A DNA stretch of 59,777 nt from a virus (Duplodnaviria > Caudoviricetes), in IMG/VR virus record IMGVR_UViG_3300025141_017126, positions 1 through 59,777 of that record; one strand, written 5' to 3'. Of this stretch, positions 26,338 through 36,034 are shown one piece after another (positions within the stretch are counted from its first letter, which is position 1; each line of letters begins with the position of its first letter). The notes under the pieces are model-generated. The model worked only from the letters and a program-made list of their open reading frames with translations. It was not told the DNA's origin and made no database searches. A program made the position numbers and the translations under genes.

Positions 26338-27364
26338 AAAAAAAGCCCTTATAACTGGAATTACTGGACAAGATGGTGCTTATTTAAGTAGATATCTCGT
26401 AAATAAAGGATATGAAGTTTATGGTGGAATAAGACGTGGAAGTACTGATAGTACTTGGAGGTTAGAAGAATTAGGAGTTCTAAATCAGATTAAACCTATT
26501 TTTTTAGAACTTTTAGAAGAGTCTAATATTAACTACATTGTTAAGACTTTAAAAGTGCAAGAAATTTATAATTTAGCAGCTATGAGTTTTGTGAGAACAA
26601 GTTTCGATTATCCAGTTTATACAGCAAATGTGGTAGGTTTAGGCGCTATGAGATTCTTAGAAGCTATCAGACAAGAAAGTCCTCATACTAAATTTTATCA
26701 AGCTTCTTCGTCTGAAATGTTTGGAAAAGTACTAGAAAGTCCTCAAAACGAAAATACATCTTTTTATCCTCGATCCCCCTATGCAATTGGAAAAGCTTTT
26801 GCACATTTTTCAGTACTTAACTATCGTGAAGCTTATGGAATACATGCTAGTTCTGGAATGTTATTCAACCATGAATCTCCTTTACGAGGACTTGAATTTG
26901 TTACTCGCAAAATAACTTCAACTTTAGCACGTATAGCCAATGGCGAAAATATTATATTAGAATTAGGTAATATGAACGCTCAAAGAGATTGGGGTTATGC
27001 AGGTGATTATGTTAAAGCTATGTATCTCATGTTACAACAAGATGAACCTGATGATTATGTAATTTCAACAGGCGAAACTCATAGTATTAGAGATTTTTTA
27101 GAAATTGCTGCTGATCATCTAGGTATGGAACTTACTTATTCAGGTTCAGGAGTAGATGAAAAAATTTATAATCAAGACGGTAAAATGATTGGGTGTATTA
27201 ATCCAATACATTTTAGACCGACAGAAGTAGATTTATTATTAGGAGACTCCACAAAAGCTAGAAAAGTTCTTAAATGGAAGCCTGACTTTAGTTTTAAAGC
27301 ATTAGTTAAGATGATGGTAGAATCAGATTTTGACAAAGTTAATAAAGGTATTAAATTACAATGA
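26330..27364 (+). CDS. gmd: GDP-mannose 4,6-dehydratase
   Basis: TGITGQDG.YL, QASSSEMFG, YPRSPY, FNHESP.RG..FVTRKI and RDWG motifs. Confidence 0.95.
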   Translation: MIRKKALITGITGQDGAYLSRYLVNKGYEVYGGIRRGSTDSTWRLEELGVLNQIKPIFLELLEESNINYIVKTLKVQEIYNLAAMSFVRTSFDYPVYTANVVGLGAMRFLEAIRQESPHTKFYQASSSEMFGKVLESPQNENTSFYPRSPYAIGKAFAHFSVLNYREAYGIHASSGMLFNHESPLRGLEFVTRKITSTLARIANGENIILELGNMNAQRDWGYAGDYVKAMYLMLQQDEPDDYVISTGETHSIRDFLEIAADHLGMELTYSGSGVDEKIYNQDGKMIGCINPIHFRPTEVDLLLGDSTKARKVLKWKPDFSFKALVKMMVESDFDKVNKGIKLQ

Positions 27365-28368
27365 ACATTTATATTACTGGAATAGCAGGTTTAGTAGGAA
27401 GTAATTTAGCTCGATTACTATCACAAAGAAACCATGTAGTTAGAGGATGCGATAACTTAGTAGGAGGATATGAGGATAACATCCCAGAAGATATTAAATG
27501 GTCCTGTGTAGACATTTGTAATACTGAAAGTATGCAAGAGGAACTTAAAAATATTGATACTATTATTCATACAGCAGCATTACCTTATGAAGGACTCAGT
27601 GTTTTTAGTCCATCTTTAATCGTACAAAATATTGTTGGTGGAACCACTAGTATAGCCTCAGCTGCGATACAAAATAATGTAAAAAGATTCATATTTTGTA
27701 GCTCAATGGCACGGTATGGAGATCAAACCCCTCCATTTACAGAAAATTTAGATAAAAAACCAGTTGACCCATACGGAATGGCTAAAGCTCAAGCTGAAGA
27801 TATGTTATTTCTTTTAAGTGATATTCACGGATTAGAAGTAACAGTGGCAGTTCCCCATAATATTATTGGGGTAGGGCAAAGATACACAGATCCTTTCCGA
27901 AATGTAGCAGCTATTATGATTAATAGTACATATCAAAATCAAAAAATCTATATTTACGGAGATGGAAAACAAAAAAGAAGTTTTAGTGATATTAATGATT
28001 GTGTAATTGCCTTAGCTCATATGATTGAAAGTGATAGGAATCTCAATAAACAGGTTTATAATATAGGTCCAGATAATAATGAAATTACAATTAATCACTT
28101 AGCTGAATATATATCTATATTAACAGATGAATCACCAGAATTAATATTTATCCCAGATAGGCCCAGAGAAGTTAAAAATGCCTATTGTTCAAGTGATAAA
28201 ATTAAAAAAGAATTTAATTATAATGCAAACATTAATATTACTACTACTCTTTCAAACATGATAGAATGGATTAAAAAAAGAGGATCTAAAGACTTCGAAT
28301 ATCATTTACCTATCGAAATTACAAATAAAGAAGAACTCCCACAAACATGGAAAAATAGATTATTTTAA
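27361..28368 (+). CDS. NAD-dependent epimerase/dehydratase
   Basis: TG.AG.VG, SSMARYG and YGMAK motifs. Confidence 0.9.
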   Translation: MNIYITGIAGLVGSNLARLLSQRNHVVRGCDNLVGGYEDNIPEDIKWSCVDICNTESMQEELKNIDTIIHTAALPYEGLSVFSPSLIVQNIVGGTTSIASAAIQNNVKRFIFCSSMARYGDQTPPFTENLDKKPVDPYGMAKAQAEDMLFLLSDIHGLEVTVAVPHNIIGVGQRYTDPFRNVAAIMINSTYQNQKIYIYGDGKQKRSFSDINDCVIALAHMIESDRNLNKQVYNIGPDNNEITINHLAEYISILTDESPELIFIPDRPREVKNAYCSSDKIKKEFNYNANINITTTLSNMIEWIKKRGSKDFEYHLPIEITNKEELPQTWKNRLF

Positions 28369-28592
28369 TGTTAAAAAATATATTTAAAAACAGCGTTGTT
28401 ACCTATATTGTTCCTTCAGCAGATGCCTTATGCGAATATTCTACAGGAAAAATTGTAGCTATTCATAACAGATATACAATTAAAATAATTGATATGGAAG
28501 ACAACCATCCATATGACTTAAGAGCAATAGACATTATAAAATTTGATGAATATAATATAATTAAAAAGGAACTCTTAAAATTATTAAAATGA
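28368..28592 (+). CDS. Hypothetical protein
   Basis: Coupled ORF. Confidence 0.55.
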   Translation: MLKNIFKNSVVTYIVPSADALCEYSTGKIVAIHNRYTIKIIDMEDNHPYDLRAIDIIKFDEYNIIKKELLKLLK

Positions 28593-28987
28593 TTAAAATC
28601 CCAGTCTCTTTTGGAGAATTAGTCGATAAACTCACAATTTTAGAATTAAAAGTTCTTTATAGTAAAGATAATAGTAAATCTGCTCATATTGAGCATGAAT
28701 TAAAATTATTAAAAAAACTATATAAAGAGTCTTATGATAAAGGAGATTTACCTATTAAAAATCACATTCATAAGTTAAAAGGTAAATTATACAAAATTAA
28801 TTCCGATCTTTGGAAATTAGAAGATAATATAAGAAAGAAAGAAAAATTACAAGAATTTGACGGCCATTTTATTTTTTACGCTCGCAATATCTATAAAGTT
28901 AACGATAAAAGAGCCCATTTAAAAAGACAACTTAATAATTTAGTCAATTCTGAAATAATAGAAGAAAAATTTTATCAAAAGTATTAG
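28589..28987 (+). CDS. DUF6165-like protein (often next to GT9/TPR genes)
   Basis: PVS.GEL.DKLTILE.K, LW.LED..R and AR.IY..ND.RA motifs. Confidence 0.75.
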   Translation: MIKIPVSFGELVDKLTILELKVLYSKDNSKSAHIEHELKLLKKLYKESYDKGDLPIKNHIHKLKGKLYKINSDLWKLEDNIRKKEKLQEFDGHFIFYARNIYKVNDKRAHLKRQLNNLVNSEIIEEKFYQKY

Positions 28988-28990
28988 ATA

Positions 28991-29146
28991 ATGACATTAG
29001 AAGAAATTAATAAACAGATTGAGGAATTACCCAGTGATGATCCAGAATTTATAATTAGATGGTTAATAGCTCAATTATTATATGTCACAACACAATTAGA
29101 AGAAGAAAAACTCATTCCCACAGAAGGTAAAAAGTATGATGCATGA
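28991..29146 (+). CDS. Small hypothetical protein (not in ORF track)
   Basis: Hand translation, 51 aa: MTLEEINKQIEELPSDDPEF... Confidence 0.55.
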   Translation: MTLEEINKQIEELPSDDPEFIIRWLIAQLLYVTTQLEEEKLIPTEGKKYDA

Positions 29147-29306
29147 TAAACTTTATAATCAATATATGAGCGTAGTAGAAGAAAATAATATTCTGAAACG
29201 TAATGTTGCCGAAATGCAAGAAGAAATTCATAATCTTCAAGTCAGAGTTAAAGAACTAAGAGAAGAAGTAGATCATTATAAATTAGAATACGGAAAAAAT
29301 TATTAA
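29136..29306 (+). CDS. Small coiled-coil protein (not in ORF track)
   Basis: Hand translation, 56 aa: MMHDKLYNQY...; TAATG coupling to the next gene. Confidence 0.55.
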   Translation: MMHDKLYNQYMSVVEENNILKRNVAEMQEEIHNLQVRVKELREEVDHYKLEYGKNY

Positions 29307-30031
29307 TGTTTACCGTAATAACTCCCTATGTCTTCGAGGAAGAAATTAAAGAACTCAAAAGCACTATTCCGTGGGAATTAGATTGGATATTAGAACAAGA
29401 TATTTCACGTATTGGTCCTGATATGATGTATCAAAGACTGTGGAATCAATGTGATACCGATATTTTTATTTTTCATGCTGATATGACTCCGATGGTAGGA
29501 AAAGAACGATGGTGGGAAGAAATTGAAAAATATATAACTCAGTTACCGGATGCAGGTATTATTGGTTGCAAACTTCTCTACCCGCTTCGAGATGAAAATG
29601 GAAAATATTATATTGAATGTGCAGGGGGAAAGTTTGAAAATGGAAAACCCGACCACTATGGATCAGGTCTTGAGATAGGAAGTCGAGTAGCCTTTAAAAC
29701 TCCTGAAGTTGATAATGGACAATATGATAAAGTTAGAGAAGTAGCCTGGTACACTTTTGGGGGAATCTTTATTAGAAGAGAGGTTTTAAATACAATAGGA
29801 GATTTTGATCCAACATATGAATGGAGTTATAATCGGGATGTAGATTATTGCTTACAAGTACGAGAAAAAGGATGGAAAATTTATCAAGTTCCCACTCCTT
29901 TAATGCATTATCAAAGCAAAGACGTTAAAAGAATTAGAACTCAAGAAAATATTGATGCAGAAACTAGAAATTTAGAAAGGTTACAACGAAAGTGGGAAAA
30001 TAACCCTCTTTACGCTACAATTGAATCATGA
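29306..30031 (+). CDS. GT2 glycosyltransferase
   Basis: G.KLLYP, IG.FD..Y and DVDYCL..RE.GWK motifs. Confidence 0.85.
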   Translation: MFTVITPYVFEEEIKELKSTIPWELDWILEQDISRIGPDMMYQRLWNQCDTDIFIFHADMTPMVGKERWWEEIEKYITQLPDAGIIGCKLLYPLRDENGKYYIECAGGKFENGKPDHYGSGLEIGSRVAFKTPEVDNGQYDKVREVAWYTFGGIFIRREVLNTIGDFDPTYEWSYNRDVDYCLQVREKGWKIYQVPTPLMHYQSKDVKRIRTQENIDAETRNLERLQRKWENNPLYATIES

Positions 30032-30258
30032 TTGAATCATTAGAACCAGTAGAGAAAAAACAATTTTTAGATTTAGCAAACTACTTACAAAGATGGCTCA
30101 GTTCACATCCGCATGCAGAAGAGGATGATGACCCTCATCGACAAATGAGAATGTATGCCATGACATATTTACGATTATATGAAGAGTTTATTAAACTTTA
30201 TAAATATGTAGTTACTGCAGAATATATAGACAAAAAAACAACACCCCGTATACATTAA
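30028..30258 (+). CDS. Hypothetical protein
   Basis: Coupled ORF ending PRIH. Confidence 0.55.
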   Translation: MIESLEPVEKKQFLDLANYLQRWLSSHPHAEEDDDPHRQMRMYAMTYLRLYEEFIKLYKYVVTAEYIDKKTTPRIH

Positions 30259-30270
30259 AAGGAAGATAAT

Positions 30271-30513
30271 ATGATTACAAATTACATTAATAAAGATGAA
30301 TTTCAACAGAAAATTCATGCAATGAGAGTAAAATTTCACATGGAAGAAAATAAAACCTTAACATGGGTTATTTATATCGCAGTATCGGTATTTGCTCTTT
30401 TGTTTGTTTCAGGAGCAGTTACTTTGATTTTAACTCTCTTAGCTTTATTTATAGTTGGATTACCCCTCGCCTTTATAGAGGGAGTTATTAAAGGATATAG
30501 AAAAAATGATTAA
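30271..30513 (+). CDS. Small membrane protein
   Basis: Long hydrophobic segment, AAGGA RBS. Confidence 0.6.
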   Translation: MITNYINKDEFQQKIHAMRVKFHMEENKTLTWVIYIAVSVFALLFVSGAVTLILTLLALFIVGLPLAFIEGVIKGYRKND

Positions 30514-31348
30514 GAAATCAGTTATTAGTCTTATTAGTTATGATGCCGAGTATTTACCTGCGAGTATTAAAACTTACTATAACTATGTAGATGAAATTGT
30601 ACTAGGACTCGATGAAAATAGAACATCGTGGAGCGGTAACAAGTTTTCTTTTGACGAAGAAGCATTATTTAAAGAACTCGGTGCAATTGATGGGGATAAT
30701 AAAATAGAAATTGTGGAAGATAATTTCTATGTTAATCCTGATAATTACATTGAAAACGACAATTATGAAAGAAATTTATTAAAATCACACTGTACTCACG
30801 ATTGGATTATGAGTTTTGATGCAGATGAAGAGCTAATTAATGCTCCAGATTTTTTTAACCGATTTTGTCCAATTGCTGAAAAGTATTACACTTCTTATGA
30901 TTTTGCTTTTACTTGGTTTTTACCTTATAAAGAGTTTGAAGAAAATTATTTAGTTATTGCGAATGATGATGGTACTTTTATTAGAACAGAAAAACAAGGA
31001 TTTGCAACTCATAAAAATAACACCTACGTTTATGCTCGTTGGACAAATATAACTCAAAACCAACCAAATAAACTTATTTTAACTCCTTTAGGAATTAAAC
31101 ATTGGAGTTTATGTCGCCCCCAAGAAAAACTGCATCAAAAAATTAATAATATTGGTCACGCAGATTTAACGGAACAAGGTGATCCTTTCTATGAAATGTG
31201 GAAAAAAGTAACGATGGAGAATTATCACGAAATGAGAGATTTTAAAACTTCGGGTCTGGGTGAACCCTCTCAATGGCCTAATCTAGTGCAAGTTCCGAAA
31301 GTAGTTTTTGAACAAGCAATGCAACAAAATACAGGATGGATATACTAA
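30506..31348 (+). CDS. GT2-like glycosyltransferase
   Basis: YVDEIV, ERN and DWI..FDADE motifs. Confidence 0.8.
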   Translation: MIKKSVISLISYDAEYLPASIKTYYNYVDEIVLGLDENRTSWSGNKFSFDEEALFKELGAIDGDNKIEIVEDNFYVNPDNYIENDNYERNLLKSHCTHDWIMSFDADEELINAPDFFNRFCPIAEKYYTSYDFAFTWFLPYKEFEENYLVIANDDGTFIRTEKQGFATHKNNTYVYARWTNITQNQPNKLILTPLGIKHWSLCRPQEKLHQKINNIGHADLTEQGDPFYEMWKKVTMENYHEMRDFKTSGLGEPSQWPNLVQVPKVVFEQAMQQNTGWIY

Positions 31349-32562
31349 TGAGACAAGTAGAAATTATCGGTAAATTTTATGATAATCATAGTTTAGCTAT
31401 TATTAATCGAGAAATAGCAATAAGATTATCTGATAAAGAAAAATATCCTGATATTGAATTGGCTATTACGCCAATGGATCAACACGATTCTCAATATAAG
31501 ATAAAAAAAGACTCTTTAAAGATTCTAAAAGAACTAGAAGCCAAAGAAGTTGAGGCAGATATTCAAATTAGACATACTTATCCACCTATGTGGAGATGGC
31601 CTGCCCTCAATAAAACTAAAGTTGTTTATATCCAACCTTGGGAATATACCAAGATTCCTTTTGAATGGCAGTATAAATTTGAGCAATTTGCAGATTATTT
31701 AATAACTCCATCACAATGGTCAATGAATAATTTCCTAGATTCAGGGTTATCACCTTATAAAGCAGCTGTAGTAGCTAATGGGTATGATTCTAATATTTTT
31801 AATCTTTCTAACCGAACCCCACAACAATATAGTTCGGTTAATAAATTTACTTTTGTTTATGTCGGTAATGCTCAGTATCGAAAAGGACTAGATGTACTTT
31901 TAAATGCTTGGAAAGAATCGACTTCCCAACACGATAATGTGAAACTCATTATTAAAGATAGTCCTCAAGTTTATGGACAGACTGATTTGCTCTCTCGAGT
32001 AATTCAAATGGAATATAAAACACAATGTGCTGAAATTGAATATATTGATAGAATTATGTCTCAGGAAGAGATAGCAAAACTCTACACTGATCATGATATT
32101 CTAGTTCATCCATATCGAGGCGAAGGTTTTGGTATGCATGTTCAAGAAGCTATGGCCTGTGGATGTATCCCAATGGTTACAGCTGGAGGACCAACTGATG
32201 AATTTATTAGTGATTCTAACGCTATTCGAATTAGTTCAGCCTTAATGTTTAAAGACCTTACTTCTCCAGAAGTTTTTGCAATTAAACCTGGAGATGCCCT
32301 AACTATAATGGGAGGTCATGGGATTATTTTAGAACCTGATATTCAAGATTTAAAAAATAAAATAACTCAACTGATTCAACATCCTCAAAGAGAGGAAGTT
32401 ATAAACAAACTAAGAAACGCGGAGAAAAATCTATATCCGTGGGAAATAATAGCAACCAGCTACCATACGCTTATCAATAAAATTGATTTAGAATCTGTAC
32501 CAGTAAGATTTAAGAATGAGCGTTACCCCGAGACGTCAGCTACCGCTGACAAAGCGGCATAA
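31348..32562 (+). CDS. GT4 glycosyltransferase
   Basis: PWE, RKGLD and GEGFG....EAMACG motifs. Confidence 0.9.
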   Translation: MRQVEIIGKFYDNHSLAIINREIAIRLSDKEKYPDIELAITPMDQHDSQYKIKKDSLKILKELEAKEVEADIQIRHTYPPMWRWPALNKTKVVYIQPWEYTKIPFEWQYKFEQFADYLITPSQWSMNNFLDSGLSPYKAAVVANGYDSNIFNLSNRTPQQYSSVNKFTFVYVGNAQYRKGLDVLLNAWKESTSQHDNVKLIIKDSPQVYGQTDLLSRVIQMEYKTQCAEIEYIDRIMSQEEIAKLYTDHDILVHPYRGEGFGMHVQEAMACGCIPMVTAGGPTDEFISDSNAIRISSALMFKDLTSPEVFAIKPGDALTIMGGHGIILEPDIQDLKNKITQLIQHPQREEVINKLRNAEKNLYPWEIIATSYHTLINKIDLESVPVRFKNERYPETSATADKAA

Positions 32563-32655
32563 AAAAGGCACAATACGCGCCACTGACGAAGAACAATTTC
32601 ATTGTTACGTGGTGCAACATTGTGCAAGCTGAATGGCCTTATGCCATAGCGATTG
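32535..32655 (+). ncRNA. Candidate structured RNA, unassigned
   Basis: Nested stems: GGCATAA/TTATGCC, GCACAAT/ATTGTGC, GCGCCAC/GTGGTGC, TGACGA/TTGTTA; G-U wobbles work only on the + strand. Confidence 0.5.
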
Positions 32656-32711
32656 CATGAGAAGCAAAGGTGATTAATAAAATTAATGGATTTAAACTCC
32701 GTTTAATTCAC

Positions 32712-32740
32712 TTGCTTTTTATGCAAATATATAGTATCAT
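32712..32740 (+). promoter_or_regulatory. Sigma70-type promoter
   Basis: TTGCTT-N17-TATCAT. Confidence 0.65.
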
Positions 32741-32745
32741 ATAAA

Positions 32746-33042
32746 TTGGCAAAGGGCAATTACAAAAATATGGATATTGAAATTGGTGAAGCATATAGAA
32801 AACCTAATGGGAATATTGTTAAAGTAACTCTCAACGAATTTAGAGAAGTATTTTATCTTCACATTAGAGAATATGCCTTAGATGGTGATACGGGATACTG
32901 GTTCCCGACAAAAAGTGGGTATGCCTTACTAGCTGACGAAGTCAGCTCTATCATACCCCTTCTGATGGAGGCAGAATCTATAATAAGTAAAAAATACAAA
33001 CGTGACAATCAGTTATCGTTTGATTTTGGAGAAAGTGAATAA
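32746..33042 (+). CDS. PC4/p15-like ssDNA-binding protein (T5-type)
   Basis: V.LNEFR...YL.IREY.LD....WFPTKSG. Confidence 0.85.
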   Translation: MAKGNYKNMDIEIGEAYRKPNGNIVKVTLNEFREVFYLHIREYALDGDTGYWFPTKSGYALLADEVSSIIPLLMEAESIISKKYKRDNQLSFDFGESE

Positions 33043-33044
33043 AC

Positions 33045-33356
33045 ATGAGTGTAAAAGCATGGAACGATGAAGAAGAAGCTGAACTAATTAAGCTATATAA
33101 AGAACAAGATGAGAAAGATGTTAATATCTTAGCTACTCATTTCGGTAAAGGATATCGATCTGTTATTTCTAAATTAGTACAACTTAAGATTTATGAGAAA
33201 CCACGGAGTGATGAAAATCGACAAATAATGACGGTTAAAACAATGCTTCGTGACATCGAATCCCTTCTTGATATCCAAATTGAAGGTACAAACCTCAATA
33301 AAAAGAGCAACTTAGTTAATTTAGTTACTGCTTTAAAAGAAAGGCTTGAAAAATAA
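33045..33356 (+). CDS. T5 D3-like DNA-binding protein
   Basis: W..E...LI..Y ... RSV.SKL....IY.K; T5 synteny. Confidence 0.65.
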   Translation: MSVKAWNDEEEAELIKLYKEQDEKDVNILATHFGKGYRSVISKLVQLKIYEKPRSDENRQIMTVKTMLRDIESLLDIQIEGTNLNKKSNLVNLVTALKERLEK

Positions 33357-33414
33357 AAGTTGATCAAAGCTAAATTTTTATGTTAAGATAAAAACATAAT
33401 AAAAAGAGGCACGA

Positions 33415-35163
33415 ATGAATTATCAGGAACTCAAAGAAACTGTAATTACACACAGTAAAGCATATTATAATCAACATCGTTCTGAAATTAGCGATGAGGA
33501 ATATGATATTCTATATGATAAATTACAATCGGTTGAGGAAGCCCAGGGATGGGCTGATCCTGATAGTCCAACTGTAGTAGTTGGATCTCATGCCGGAAAA
33601 ATTAAACATCCCTATCAATTATATTCCCTTAAAAAAGTCTATGAAAAATCAGAAATAGACGCGGAATTTAATGTTATTACTCCAAAACTTGATGGCACTA
33701 ATCTAACTCTTATTTATCAAGAGGGTAGATTCCAAAGAGCCATTACCAGAGGTAATGGAGAGTACGGAGATGATGTATCTCACCTAATGACTTATTGTAA
33801 AGGCGTCCTTGAGTATATTCAAGGACAATATAATAATGTTATTGTTACAGGTGAGTGCGTGACTGATAATGAAGTAGAAAACTTCAGAAACTATGTGAGC
33901 GGAGCATTAGGACTTAAAGAAGCAAAAGAATTTGAATCCAGAAATATCCGTTTTATCGTTCATGATTCATTAGGAACGGAATTAGATTATACCATTCGAA
34001 TGGGACTCATTGAAAAAATGGGCTTCCACACAATTTTCGATAAAAATTTATGTGGACAATACCCTCAAGATGGTGTAGTATATAGAATAGACAATTGGAA
34101 AAGATGTAATCAATTAGGATATACATCTAAATATCCACGATTCGCAGTAGCCTTAAAAGAAAGAGGTACTTTAACTGCGAAAACTGTTTTACAAGACGTG
34201 ATCTGGGTAACTGGGCGCACAGGAATGGTAAACCCGATAGGATTAGTCGATCCAGTAGTTATCGACGGTGCCATAATAGGACGCGTAACTCTTCACAATA
34301 TTGGATTTATACAAGACCACAAACTTGGGCTTGGGGACACCATAGAGATTGAACGCTCTGGTGGAGTAATTCCAAAGTTCAATAGAGTTCTAAACCATTT
34401 CAATACCAGTACCAGAATTGAACAAAGACATGCCGAAGAAGCTGTTGGTTATGCTCTTCGAAGGGTCGGCCCAAGGCTTTACTGTAGTGACGAAACGCAA
34501 CACAACTCAGTAAAAGGACTTGAACATTTTATTAAAACTCTTGAAATCAAGGGTTTAGGTCCCGCGTCAATAACCAAGTTACAGCTCAACCATCCTACGG
34601 ACCTTTATCGGTCGCAAGAATGGGGAACGCTCGGAGTAAACGGGGAAAAGATTCAAGCCGAAATAGAAAAATCTAAATCTAAACCATATTATTTGGTTTT
34701 AGGTGCTTTAGGGATTCCGGGGGTAGGACGAGGAACCGCGAGACAAATCGTTGCCCATATCCCACAGTTCAATCGGTTGCGTGAGATTGAATTAGCACAT
34801 ATAACAGGGATTGGTCCTAAGACTGTCGAATCCATTCTCGCGTGGTTAGATGTCAATGAAGAGTGGGTAACTACACTACCTCTTCAATTAACGCAGGATC
34901 AAAGCGTAGAGGCTGTTCTCCAACCCCATAGCCAGAAGAAAGTGTGCGTAACCGGAAAATTAGATATGACACGAAGTGAACTCTCTGATATATTAACTGA
35001 GTTCAATTTCCAAGTCACTAGCACAGTCACTAAAGACTGTTACGCTTTGATTACTGCTAATACTGGTACAAAAAGTTCCAAAATGTCAAAGGCCCAACAA
35101 TTAGGTATAAAAATTATAGATTATTGGGATAACCGAAGAGATATAGTGAACGGAAAGCTTTAA
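33415..35163 (+). CDS. ligA: NAD-dependent DNA ligase (single chain, with BRCT)
   Basis: ISD.EYD, KLDG, TRG.G..G.DV, DGVV, PR.A.A.K, OB, HhH and BRCT regions. Confidence 0.95.
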   Translation: MNYQELKETVITHSKAYYNQHRSEISDEEYDILYDKLQSVEEAQGWADPDSPTVVVGSHAGKIKHPYQLYSLKKVYEKSEIDAEFNVITPKLDGTNLTLIYQEGRFQRAITRGNGEYGDDVSHLMTYCKGVLEYIQGQYNNVIVTGECVTDNEVENFRNYVSGALGLKEAKEFESRNIRFIVHDSLGTELDYTIRMGLIEKMGFHTIFDKNLCGQYPQDGVVYRIDNWKRCNQLGYTSKYPRFAVALKERGTLTAKTVLQDVIWVTGRTGMVNPIGLVDPVVIDGAIIGRVTLHNIGFIQDHKLGLGDTIEIERSGGVIPKFNRVLNHFNTSTRIEQRHAEEAVGYALRRVGPRLYCSDETQHNSVKGLEHFIKTLEIKGLGPASITKLQLNHPTDLYRSQEWGTLGVNGEKIQAEIEKSKSKPYYLVLGALGIPGVGRGTARQIVAHIPQFNRLREIELAHITGIGPKTVESILAWLDVNEEWVTTLPLQLTQDQSVEAVLQPHSQKKVCVTGKLDMTRSELSDILTEFNFQVTSTVTKDCYALITANTGTKSSKMSKAQQLGIKIIDYWDNRRDIVNGKL

Positions 35164-35191
35164 CGAGTACCACATTTATTTAACTTTTTTC

Positions 35192-35220
35192 TTGCTTTTT
35201 CTTGAATATAAAGTTATAAT
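35192..35220 (+). promoter_or_regulatory. Sigma70 promoter for D5
   Basis: TTGCTT-N17-TATAAT; AGTTGG/CCAACT hairpin in the leader. Confidence 0.75.
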
Positions 35221-35278
35221 CATAAAAGAGTTGGAAAAAACCAACTATACACTACAAAACAGAGGGGAAAATACTTAT

Positions 35279-35959
35279 ATGAGTAAGTTTGATTATACAG
35301 ACGAAATGGTTGCCCGTATGGAGTCAGCCGCTAGCTCTGAAGTCAATGAAGCATTGATTCAAGAGCTGTGTGATGAGTTTGAGTTTCCTCGTCGTTCAGT
35401 AACGGCGAAGTTGCGCAAGCTTGGATTTGAAGTCCCGAAGAAGCCTGGAGCAGCTCCAGTTTTCTCGGCAGAGGAAACTGAGGCACTCAGTTCATTTCTT
35501 TCGGATAATTCTGGCGTTCACACTGCCGAAGAGATTGCCGAAACTTTTGCAGACGGCCAATTCACCGCCCGCCAGATCAATGGTAAGGCTCTCTCACTAG
35601 AGATGACTCAGCACATTAAGCCTGCTGAGAAGAAGGTTACGCCTAAGACTTACACCGCCGACGAAGAGAGCATTATTAGTTCTATGGTCGAAAGTGAAAG
35701 CTATCTTGAGGAAATTGCAGAGGCTGTCGGTAAGACAGTAGCTTCCGTTCGCGGAAAGCTTCTCAGCATGGGTCTCAAGGCCCCGCAAAGGGACAAGAAG
35801 GCTTCTAAGAGCGATCCTTACGAGGGAATCGATGGCCTGACGGATCAAACCGTTGAGCAGCTTGCCGATCATTTCGGTAAGACTGTACGTGGAGTTAAGA
35901 CTGTGCTTACCCGCCGTGGCCTAAGTGCTGCGGATTACACGCCAAAATCGGCAGAGTAA
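35279..35959 (+). CDS. T5 D5-like abundant DNA-binding protein
   Basis: RSV..KLRK.GFEV, RQI.GK.LSLEMT and GK..RGVK..L.RRGL.A.DY as recalled for T5 D5; markedly biased codon usage. Confidence 0.9.
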   Translation: MSKFDYTDEMVARMESAASSEVNEALIQELCDEFEFPRRSVTAKLRKLGFEVPKKPGAAPVFSAEETEALSSFLSDNSGVHTAEEIAETFADGQFTARQINGKALSLEMTQHIKPAEKKVTPKTYTADEESIISSMVESESYLEEIAEAVGKTVASVRGKLLSMGLKAPQRDKKASKSDPYEGIDGLTDQTVEQLADHFGKTVRGVKTVLTRRGLSAADYTPKSAE

Positions 35960-35980
35960 TCTACTTAAAATCACAGAGAG

Positions 35981-36010
35981 AAGGCGGCGGTTAATACGCC
36001 GCTTTTTTTT
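35981..36010 (+). terminator. Intrinsic terminator
   Basis: GCGGCG-GTTAATA-CGCCGC followed by T8. Confidence 0.85.
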
Positions 36011-36034
36011 ACCTTCCCATTGGGAGCATACTTT

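Noticed and set aside
32583-32610. Hammerhead ribozyme (CUGACGA)
   Set aside because: No downstream GAAA core element
35192-35959. Ligase subunit B as in T5
   Set aside because: The sequence matches D5, and the upstream ligase already contains OB, HhH and BRCT regions
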